The notes under the pieces are model-generated. The model saw only the letters and a program-made list of their open reading frames with translations. It did not search any database and had not been told where the DNA came from. Below are positions 10,494 through 21,934 of a DNA stretch of 64,000 bases, piece by piece. This stretch comes from Bugula neritina (taxonomy: Eukaryota; Animalia; Bryozoa), in assembly GCA_964035545.1 (NCBI GenBank), contig OZ037770.1, positions 12,204,642 to 12,268,641 of the forward strand. The letters run 5' to 3'. Within the stretch, counting starts at the first letter, position 1, and each line of letters opens with the position of its first letter. Position numbers and translations under genes: made by a program.

Positions 10494-11073
10494 GTGACTA
10501 TCACATTTATTATCACTGCCAGGATCAGTATGAGTATGAGTATGACTATCACTATTCACTATCAGTATCAGTCATAAGTATGAGTATGCCTGATTTTTAT
10601 TTTATCATATCGAAATACAATCAACATTATTAATATTGTTATAAGGATAATCATAAATTTAATGGATACTCAATCTCGTAGTCACATCATACTCATAGTC
10701 ATACTTGTATTGATAGTGATACTGATAGCGATAATATTAATCATAATAAAAACTTAAATACTATTATTATTAAATTTAATTATTATTATAAATCACTTAA
10801 AGTTAAATGACTAAGATATCATACTACGGTACTCATTACTACGTATATTTTTATATTGAATTTGATACAATATTTTTGAGTTATTAATAACCATCATGCA
10901 TATATATATAATTATATATAATATTATTACTCTTATAGTTTAAAATAAGTTGAAGTGAAATTTAAGTTTATATTGTTTGCAAAAAATGCAACTGATCTGT
11001 AAACGAGCTAAAGAGAAAAACTGGCCGCGATGGTTTTGTAGACCGAGTCGTAAAGCTACTCAACATGACTTAC

Positions 11074-11252
11074 AAATACTGCCCTGAGTCTGTTGGGCAC
11101 TTCCCACACAGAACTTAGTTTGCACATTAAAAGATTTTAGTCTATTATTGCTGGTCGCCGTTTCCGTTTTTGCAGCTGTATGCTAGATTTTTCTCAAGCT
11201 TATCCATTTATTTTCCAAAAATACTTGGATTGCACAATCAACATTACCTATA
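11074..11252. promoter_or_regulatory. Probable ASB non-coding exon 1 (-) and shared ASB/MICOS10 bidirectional promoter
   Basis: Minus-strand GTAAGT donor at 11073; CpG-containing segment; MICOS10 ATG at 11253 on the opposite strand. The ASB ATG exon begins with an acceptor (TTTTTAG at 5454), so an upstream exon is required. Confidence 0.55.
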
Positions 11253-14046
11253 ATGACTAAAGAAAATTTGCAAGCTCCTCTTAGATCAGAAGAGGCAGTA
11301 GTTCGTATGTGGGATCGATGTATTGCGGACACAACTGTAAAAATAGGTTAGCCATAGCTCTTACAAATTTTAACACCAATCTTAATCAAATTCTAAATCT
11401 GAATCGATATGGGTATTTAAATTCAATATTAATTATAATAATCATATTGATATTGATATTCAAAATAATTAATTGTAGCTTAAAAGTATTCATATAGTAA
11501 TAGTTATTGATATTCATTCGAATAAATAAACATGTAAATCAATAATAAATTATAAACTTAAAGTTAAACTTAAAAGATCATCATTTTAATCAGTTGATGA
11601 TTTATAATTATTTTATAAATAACAATTATATTTTAATTTGTTGTAAATTATTTTTTATTTAGTCGATACTCATACTAATAGGGATATTCATGCTGATACT
11701 ATCAGTGTAAGTATCACTATGAGTATGACTATGTGACAATGTATGTCTATAGTAAAACTAAATGCAATATATTAGTTATTGACAATATGAATATCAATAT
11801 GGATATGACTATTTATATTATATTAATAATTATTATATTGTTCTTAATATGTAATAATCATAACAATGATTAAGTAAAATGAGATTATTACCAATAAATA
11901 TAATATTTATAATAGTAATAATATAATACATATAATTTATAAATTATCATAATATTTATTACGAACATACTTATTGATATTAATGTTGATATGTTATGAT
12001 TAGAATTAGATTATAATAATTGTTCATAATAATATTAGATACTTAGTCTTGGAACTAAGTTTAGACTGAGACTCAGTCAGTCAGTCAGTCAGTCTGTTTA
12101 ATTAAGAGTTCTGCTTTGATTCTAGCTTAAGTTCAGACTAATTTTCTTGTAATTGGACTTTCTGATCAGCTTGCATCGACATATCACTCTATTAGAATCA
12201 AGTGGGTTTGCAATTGAAGCATTTTTACTAAAAGTCTAATGGAATGCCAAGAATTAGGCTTACAATACTGGAAGTACCTATGATAAATAATACCAGATGA
12301 TTGAAAATTGAACACCTTTCTATAAAACAACTTTGTCATTTGAAGTAGTTTTTTGTATTGAATATCACAAACACCGGTCTGTCAACTTGTGAACACGTGT
12401 CTTGTATTTTCAGATGAAACCTAACTTGTAAAATACTCAATTTCTATATATATCTTTAGGTACTGGATTAGCACTAGGTGCGCTGACATCATTGTTGCTG
12501 TTTAAGAGTAAGTACAAACACTAAAACTTTTAACAAGAATATCTGTAAACTAATAAGTGAGATCATTTTGTTGAACGAAACACACACAGAACAATTCTTT
12601 TAAATTTTTGGTGTTCTGTGTTAATTTTATTTGCAAAATAAATACTTTAAGGATTAAAAAAAATGTTTATTAAAGCCATTTATTATACGAAATTACTGCA
12701 GCCAGGTATGCTGGTTTATAGAATACTCTACTAGATTTATTTGAAGTTTTGTGTATTTAGTTTGTAGATTCAAAAAGCCAATGTGTTTACTTTTTTTCAG
12801 TAATCATTTGTAGCATCAAAAAATGTTGTCTTTAAAGTAAAAACAGAATGTTTCAAACTTTTTGATAATTAAAGCTATTACAAATCGGCCACAAAAGTAT
12901 ATAGTGTATAGTATATAAAGTTGACTTGATATTTGTCTGCAATAACTCCAGATAGTAATTATAGATACAATCTAATAGCTGTAGAAATATAAAAGATTGC
13001 ATCTAGTTTCAAATATTTGCATGTTTTGCAAATATTATTTGTGTGTGTATGTCTGAGCTAAAACCCTTCTTTTTAATGTTCCTACAACCAATATTTTACT
13101 CTGTTTGAAATTTAAGTTCATTTCACTTCATTAAGTTTATTAAGTCATGACATTATTGTATTTTAGGTCCTGAATTTATCTTTGTGTAAAGTTTCTACCT
13201 AAAAGTGTTGTTCATTTACTGATATCATCTGCAGTTTAAAAATAGACTACTATTTGCAATCTTCCACTTGAATTGCTACTTATTGTTTATTTTCAACTTT
13301 ATATCTTGCAAGTATGTTTGTTATAGGAAAGCCTTGGCCAGTAATATTTGGTGTGGGTGTGGGACTCGGGCACGGCGTAGCAAACTGTCAGAATGATTAC
13401 AAGTCTATAGCTACTATGAAACAAACACCAAAGGTGATAAATATCTACTTTTTCGTTATATACAGTGCAAAATATGTATTTAATTCAAACACCGATTTAC
13501 TCCCTGTTCCACCCCCCCCCCTGCACTATTTACAATACTGCTGATTGCTTCTAGTGCAACTGGTTTGTAAAATTTAGAATATAATATTATTGTAAACCTA
13601 CACTTTATGTAATTCAATGTGGATTTTTTTGATAATTTTAAGGTCTGTCTGAGATATTTTAATGAAAGGTGTCCTTGTTAGGAAATCAATCTCGTTTTCT
13701 TATGGTACATTTTGCATGTTCAAAAACTGAGTGCTTTGATTGGCTATACAGTTGGACTGTTGATAGTTTACCTTAGTATTAAAATTTTTATTGTCACATA
13801 AAATAGCCCCTTGTTATTGAATACACAATATTTGACAGGACATTTCAATGTTTTCATCTGTTTTTATGACAGCTGGTTTCACTTGTAAAGATAAATTTTG
13901 AAAGTAATTATTGCGTATTTTATTGCATTGTTTATTAGTCATCAGGGTTAGAGCTTAGTTATTATGTGCAAGTTTTGTAGGAGTTATCTTATTTATTTTA
14001 GCAGGCTAGGACTGAAAAATCAGCACAGACAGATGAGTCATCATGA
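11253..14046 (+). CDS. MICOS10: MICOS complex subunit Mic10
   Basis: join(11253..11346,12460..12507,13327..13433,14002..14046): ...SEEAVVRMWDRCIADTTVKIGTGLALGALTSLLLFKRKPWPVIFGVGVGLGHGVANCQNDY..., showing the WDRC motif and GxGxGxG Mic10 signature. Last acceptor is NAGNAG (14002/14005). AATAAA near 14335. Confidence 0.95.
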
Positions 14047-17000
14047 TGTGCTTCTCGACTATAACTACCTGCGCTTTTTGTATGATTTGGAGTTGTGTCA
14101 TCCTATGTTTAACCAGCTGATGGTGTTATAAAACTTTTAATTCAGCTGCATTTTAAACATATTTTTGTATGTTTGTTTTTGTTTTGTAACAGTTTCAACC
14201 AGAGATTTGTTGTGCTTTTGTTTTATAGTTGAAGCGATAATTCCACAATAATGGAATTCAACTCTCAGCATTTAAGAAATGTGGAATATATTTATAGTAG
14301 AAAAACTAAGTTCAATGTTTTGTAATGGAAAAAAAATAAACTGAAATATAACATGCAGTAAAAGGCAACATAATTGATTGAAAATTCTACAATGGCATTA
14401 ATACAGGCACAAATGTGTTAGAGTTAAGATCATTGTGGCACATAGAGCTAATGACTCCCTATTGTAAGCAGTCTACTAGATTGTCAAACAGTAGTTATTA
14501 GTATTCATATACTACTATCACAGTCTTGGGTCACAGTGTGTTTCTTTAACTATCAACTGTTGAATTTAATACCCTCAGTAACTGACTTTGCTGCAATTTG
14601 TTTGTCAACCCTGCCTGTGCCTGTTTCACTGTGAACAGTGAAGGTGCGTAGGAATTTATGTGCATTAGCTGCCAGATTACCCATAACACAACTACTACCA
14701 CCACAGTAGATACTACACCCATCCAGGCAGTTGAACACTCCTCTCTATGTGGCGTCTCTAACTGTCTATTGGTGGAACATAGACATTAGTGAGATAATAT
14801 ACAGGCAATGGAAATAGTTGTAGGTCTTTCTTGTAGGCTCCTAGCTTCCTTTTTGTCTACAGAGTAGGAAGTATGAAAGAGTTGATACTATTTGAACTTA
14901 AAGAGCAGGCTAAGTGACACTCAGGGCACTTGTTAAAATGCATTAAGCTGTTAATTGTTACTATTAACACCATACATATACATACAGCTGAATTTATGCA
15001 AGCTATATAAAAGCAAAATAATTAATAATACAAGTTTTTAGTGTATATATAAAAACAATTTGCATGATATAAAATTTCTCGCAATAATAAACTATAAAAA
15101 GTTGGCATAGTAGTGAGCCAAGCATTTTTTCACTCAACGGAATGAATCGAAAACCAAGCTATGTAGATAGAATCAACACCCTCTACTATAAGTTATTCAT
15201 ATATATTCCAATAATTATTAAGATGATGGGCAAATGCACAATGAAACCTTTGCATCAACAATCTTAAAAATGAATGACAACTTTAACAGGTTGTCTAATA
15301 ATTAGCACATATATCAGCACATAATATTTCCCTACTGTTTTGTCACCAGTTATTAAACTTGGTTGCTGTACAGTTATATAAATTGCATTTTTGAACTCAG
15401 GGCTGGAATTGGCATCTCAAATTTATAGATTAATCTGAAAGCCTATTTAGAATTTCCAAGAAAACAGATTTTCATCAACAACTGGAAATGGTTATGATTG
15501 GCAGAAGGCTATCATAATATTATTATGATCTGTCCATCTAGATTCTAGACACTTTTAAACACGAGCCTAGTTTTAGAAGACTGGATGTGAAGATATTGTA
15601 CATGTTGTGTATAGTGAATAGATATGTTGTAGAATTAGCAATCTCACAATAACTAATATGTACCTATTCATGCTGCAAGAATAATATTATATTCTCTCAA
15701 TAACCATCAAAATGCCATCACTCTGTTCTTAACAACCTTGTAAAAGCAAAAATGTTGGCCTGTGAAAGGTTTCCAGCATATGCATTGGTAAGCTGATAAA
15801 AGGGCTGTATTGGGAAAGAATGGAGATTAATTTTGCATCAGTGGACAAGCTATGCTAAACTGATAGGTTGTCAATGTAACAGTTGCACACCTCTGTTATA
15901 TAGTATGATAAAATAACCATAGCCCTCTTACACGCAATGAATTGAAAAGGAAGAAATAAAACATCCTGTCAAATTGCTACTAGTACCTGCATGAAAACTG
16001 AACAGTATTGCCTAATAAAAAGTATTATAATGTTTACACAAGAAGATGCGATAAGAGCTATGGCACAATACGAACTAGGTGCAGGCTCATGATAAACTGT
16101 TCCAATACATTGTATACAGTATACCTGTTAGTAAGCAATGTGTTGAAAAAAGGATGCCATACTTGTATAATACTGCCTGTTGACTGATATTAGATTGAGG
16201 ACCATACACTATACAGGCATACTTACGGAGGGGATTTACAGCCCCCCCAACTATAATAATATGTTTCAATGATGTGAATCAGACTAATTGGCTTGATGTG
16301 CACACTGATCAACTGAAGAGAGTTTGGAGAAAGATTTAGGTGTGGTGACAGAGACATTTCAATAGCCTAATTTCTTTATAATTGTCTTTAATAGTTTTAG
16401 TTGCAATATCACAAGAACCTATTTCACATAATATAGAACACGGGCTTTTCTCAATTTCCTCATTGTACTGCACCTACCTCTAGAAATTGCAGTAAATTAC
16501 TTGAGCTACAAAACACAGTGATCTATTTTTTAACCACTACAAAATACAACTTCTAAAATGAATCCATACGCACTTCAAGCCCACACAGAATAAAAATAGC
16601 ATATAAGCCAACATCATCTACAATGTATTACCATGACAAAATTGTCATCCATTAGTTTTACAGAAACTATGAGTTCACTTATGTTTAAAGCTATAAAACA
16701 GTAATTATGTCATTTTTAGGTTTGAAATGATGTTTTCAGAATAAAATTGTAAGGATGCTTTATCTAGTAAGTAGTGTGAGGAGAGAGGTTAGTGGTAAAG
16801 AAAGAATACTGCATGCATATGCATGTTTTGTAGACTCCAGCAAGTTATCAACTACTTGCAAGAGGTAGCATCTCAAGCACAGTAATTAGTGCTGTGAGGT
16901 GTGCAAATAACTATGCATAGATAATCACGTGTAGATAACAATATGTAAATGATGATGATGTGTAGATACAATGTGTAGATACCATGTAAGTCAGAGGTCT

Positions 17001-18231
17001 CAGCTGTATAATCAACAGGCTAGACTGTTATAAATAAGTAGTTGGGATATTCAAACTTTCATGATAAGTTTCTTTCAACTTTGAATTTTGATATAATTAT
17101 ATTCCCCCTTCAGGCAATTATAATCCATTACTCATTGGCTCACTTTCAATGCTCATTCAAAAATTTCAAACTTCAAACATAGTCGTAGTGAAGTATTAAA
17201 TAACAAAAAGGATGCCTCAATCCTAAAGAGAAAATTCTAGAAGCAAGTAATGGTTCTGTAAAATATGCATCACTTAAATACTTACCAAGTATAGATGATG
17301 AAACAGAGAACTATCTACAAGCCTACTCGAAGAATTCACTTTGACTGATGTTCCATCAAACAGTTGAATGACAATTGATAATCTCCAATCAAGTGTGGAA
17401 TTCGTGACCTGCAAATAAAAGTATTTGCCCTTTGGTATCCTAATATTTATACACTTATTGTCATTCTGCCGTAGAATCTCGGGCTAAGCTTCAAACTATG
17501 TGAGGCTTAGTCTTAGAATCCTCCCTGAATTCTAGCTGTGAGGTTTGGGAGCACAAGATACCTGCCCTGTAATATATTTCTATGCCTAATGATAATAGTT
17601 CAAGTGTTGCATAATGATGCAACACTTGGTTTTATATTTTAGTTGTGCAAAATATTTCTAATTCGCCTCTGTCATGGTTGACGTGACATATGGCACAATA
17701 AAGTTTAGAATCAGACACCTACTAAACTAGTGCTATAGCTGCATGTCTGACAAACTGTAACTCTACCACAGGGCATCACTAATATATTTCTGCTATTTTC
17801 ATGATTGTGAAATAATGAACTTATTACTAGATGTTAAATTGTCTACCATAACATGTGATGAAATTGTTAAATTGCAGGGTATTGAAATATTTATATATAT
17901 ATTTCTGGCTATACAGTGAGATACATTACACAAATAAATTCTATTATAAGTATAATCAAGCTGTTATATAAAACCTAAATTTAGCTCTGCATTTAAAGTG
18001 TAAGAAATTATGTTAAGGGTGGATTGATTAAGGAACAACCATGGCTCATAGATGCTAATTACTCCCTACCATTACCCTATCTTAATGCATCACATTTTAA
18101 TGTTATATACAGTTGATATTTTAATATTCTATTGAAAACTGTGTGTGCTAGCCATTTTAACTGAAAGTCAGTCAGTTATACGTGTAAAAAGCATATTAGA
18201 TGCACAACGTAAAGTATATGCAGTACTACCT

Positions 18232-18352
18232 GTACTATGTATATATTACTACTTACTGTGTATATATTACTACTTACTATGTATATATTACTAACTTACT
18301 ATGTATATAAATTACTAACTTACTATGTATACATTACTAACTTACTATGTAT
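18232..18352. repeat. ~21-23 bp AT-rich minisatellite (TACTATGTATATATTACTAACT)
   Basis: About five imperfect tandem copies. Confidence 0.8.
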
Positions 18353-18556
18353 GTTTGCTTCCTGTTTACAGTCTCAAACACTTGGACTTACTAGCAAGCT
18401 GGAAACTATCTACTTATTGGCAAATATAAACATACAATTGTTGCCATGGAAACTGTATGCATGAGTGAATAAGTTGTTACTGATCATGATAATATCATTT
18501 ATTACATTAATAACAGTGTATGCAACTGGCTATAACAAACGCTGAGTCTAGTCTTA

Positions 18557-18899
18557 GCCTAGGGCCACACGGTGCGTATTTTCGCATGCGAAAATTAAAA
18601 TCACCAGTAGCAAAGGTGTCCACTGTGCGCGTTGAGAAAACCTTCGCACTTGTCGCTCTGCATTTTCAACGCAAGTGCGAATCGTCTCTGTCGTCGTCAC
18701 CTAATTGGCTGGTAGCTATTCAGCGAGCCCAATTTCTTTATTTAGTGCTATGTTCCAGTAAATTGCGTTTTATTGAAAGCGAGTGCAATTTAAAAATGAA
18801 AGCTTTATTTATCACGCATCACTGACGCTACAGTGGACACCTTTGCTACTCGTGATTTTAATTTTCGCATGCGAAAATACGCACAGTGTGGCCCTAGGC
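18557..18899. mobile_element. MITE, PIF/Harbinger-type (343 bp)
   Basis: ~70-bp TIRs (GCCTAGGGCCACAC.GTGCGTATTTTCGCATGCGAAAA...) with ~2 mismatches; TTA direct repeats at 18554-18556 and 18900-18902; no transposase. Confidence 0.88.
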
Positions 18900-19414
18900 T
18901 TAGTGTTCAAGTGAATCAGCACTTGCATGTTTCAACATTGCAGCACAGTTTAGATAGAACATGGGTAGACAACTAACAGATTAAAATTGACACAAGAGAA
19001 ATTTAGTTTTCCAACTTCTTTAGCATTTAGCAAGTAAAAAGAATTTTCCTAAGAACATTTAATATGAACTATAAAGGTAGCACACTTTACAAGCCAATTT
19101 TTAAAATAAAATGTTGGTAAATTTCAAATAAATTTAAATTGTATCACAATTCAATTCGACAAGAACAATTTAGCTTCCACTGCTTGAAGCTGGTATTAAC
19201 AATTTAAAAATTGAGTTCACAATTTATAAAACAATCATTAAACAACTAAACATCTATATACATACATAGCAGTTTTAAAAACAGTTTATTAGGTGAGAAA
19301 AACTCCCATGTCAGAGTAATGAAAATATAAACTATGACATGGTGATTGGAGCAAGGATTGTTAGTTGCTCAAGGAATGGCAAATTTTGATGACAATGAAG
19401 GAAGTTCCAGTATT

Positions 19415-20267
19415 TTATGTGTCGATGGAACCACCAAACATTTGTATCGTCTCTATAACCAGTGTTAGAGAGTCCATGAATGAATTGATGCCAACCCTAA
19501 GCTTCTTGGGATCTGTCGCGGTGTAATTTATATTCAAATTCTTCCCTACAATGAAAAACCTCTAATTGTAAAATCTATATCAACAACTTCTTCTAATTTT
19601 ATAATGAGTTATTATTCATTGTTTGTGTGATATTTTAACAACACAGTTTTTAATGTTGTTTTGCAGTCATTATGAATAAGTATTCTGTTTTTATAAGCTT
19701 TTAACTCTGCAGTAGTTTTACGTTTAAATAACAGCAAATCTTGATGCAAACTTTTCACAGTATAATTAAAACACGATAACAGTTATTCATTTTGAATCCA
19801 TGACGATGAGGTAAATTGCTTTCAACGCAACATTAAATTAAATATTAAGATTATAGAGTAGCAACTACTGAACTAGAGTCTAGTAATCTTGTGATAAAGT
19901 TAAGGTAGGCTATAATAAAATTATTATCAATAGAAAATGGAATCATGGTTATTGTGATAATGGCCCTGAAATGAAATAAATCAAAACAATGAATTTTTAT
20001 TGAAGACATCCGACTAGAATTAGTAATGAGAAAATTGAAAATCACGCCAATAGTTACACTAACAGTGAGTTGAGGTTCTCAAATTCAAACTAGAACTAGT
20101 ATCTACACACCTTCTACAGAGAGGGCCTTCACGCAACCGCCCCGAGGAGGTTCTTTGTCAACTCGTAGTGTGTTGTAGGCTATTTCAGCGTCTTTGTCTG
20201 TGAAGAAAGGAATGCATATGTTAGCTGTAAGCAATGGCTTCGAAGTGGCTGTCAAATCCATGCTCAT
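19415..20267 (-). CDS. LAGE3: EKC/KEOPS complex subunit Pcc1/LAGE3, ~95 aa
   Basis: join(20111..20267,19415..19545): IPFFTDKDAEIAYNTLRVDKEP...GKNLNINYTATDPKKLRVGINSFMDSLTLVIETIQMFG, the Pcc1 family pattern. An acceptor at 20276 implies an upstream non-coding exon. Confidence 0.93.
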
Positions 20268-21916
20268 CCCTAAACCTAGAAAACAAAGTGACAATTTATC
20301 AATCAGCTAAACTAGCGTGTGCTTAAAAATTTGTACTGAATGAAATTGTTATATATTTGCCTTGTAAATCATTTACAAATCTTGCTCTACTTTGTTTTTC
20401 TTTGCAAAACTTGAATAAGGTGCATTAATGGTGGAATTTGAAACCAAATTTCATAAAGACAATTGAAAAACATTCGCTAGTCAACATTCTCAATTACGAA
20501 TGCAAAGTTTGTTTGGGGGAGGGGCATTAAAATTGTATGCTACTCTGCGTATGGTACACGCTATACTATAACTCAGTTAGATTGAAACCATTTACTTTAC
20601 TAACATCAGAAATACCTAATACTAATAGTAATACTAATAGTAAACGTAACTAACAGTAATAGTAATTATAATAACTGAAAGGACGCAAGTTTGAAGAACA
20701 AAGCAATACTAATAATAATAGTAATACTAATATAACAGTATTAGTAATTCGTTAGTACTAAATGATAAATCTAATTTAAATTATATCTATCAATCTCCTT
20801 ATGAAAATTTAGCAAAATCAGAGCAACATCTGGCTCTCAGCACTGCCTATGATGACCTGCCAGCCAGACCTGCTGAACAAACCAACAAACAGTACCATAC
20901 AGACTCGCTCCCAAGCAAGGGGGCAGCCCTGATCAGTGGGTGCTAACAGTACCAAGTATCTTGAAAGTTTTCTCCCAAGGATTATCCTGGACCTGAAAAT
21001 TGGTCACAACCAAAGCAATAATTCAGAGATCTCTACAGAGACAGGATTAGGTTCCTGTTCAGTAAATACAGCCCAAACAGTACTAACTGTGTGACTATTG
21101 ACCTATGACTGTCCAAGACGTTACCCATAGGCGGCACACCTCTTCCTCCCTCTAGAGTCTAGAGAGTAGGGCGGTCCAGTGTGATGATCACTTACAGTAA
21201 GTACTAGATATAACTTATTATTAATTATAATACTTTAATAGTAATACTAATACAGTATTACTAATAGTAATACTAATACAGTATTACTAATAGTAATACT
21301 TATACTAATAGTAATACACTTTAACTTACAGTTACTCTTAGTCTTAGAGTGACTCAGTTAGAGTTACACTTACAGTGACTCTTTCACTTCTTACAGTTAC
21401 TGTTAATCACTACTAACTACTTAGTGTTACTGTTGGTCATGGTCTAAGTCATAGCTTAAGTGTTGCACTTACAGTTAGTGTTACAGTAGACGTTGTCGTG
21501 CCCGTAGAGCAGGCGTAGCCGTATCACCGATCACGTATCAGTTAATGTTATCACTATCACTATGACTGTCAGTATCACTATACTACGATAACTCAACTAA
21601 ACAGCGAACATTAACAAACTTCTCTAAGTAATCGTGAAGACAAAAATGCTACTAAAAATTCAAAGAATTTCAATTGTTACTAATTTGTATTAGTATTACT
21701 GATGACTAAAATCATAATCATAATTATAATTATAAACTAAAACTGAAGTTTCGCTATCACGTCGCTTGTTTTGGCGGAAACAGTTACAAATGTACAAATC
21801 GGGATCGATACTTTTAGCACGACGGCGTTGTTTAATCGGAACGTTTATAATTCAATCGGAATTCAATTAGTCGGAATCGCGCTAGAGACACAAAATCTCA
21901 CTCGACGACCTCTCGA

Positions 21917-21934
21917 TTTCCTTTTTTCTACAAA
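21917..21934 (+). promoter_or_regulatory. TCT/5'TOP polypyrimidine initiator of RPL13A
   Basis: TTTCCTTTTTTCT matches YYC(+1)TTTYY, 14 nt before the ATG, as is typical of ribosomal protein genes. Confidence 0.7.

Noticed and set aside
11145-11207. Minus-strand ATG (MDKLEKNLAYSCKNGNGDQQ*) as the ASB start
   Set aside because: It stops after 20 codons, before the donor; at most a uORF.
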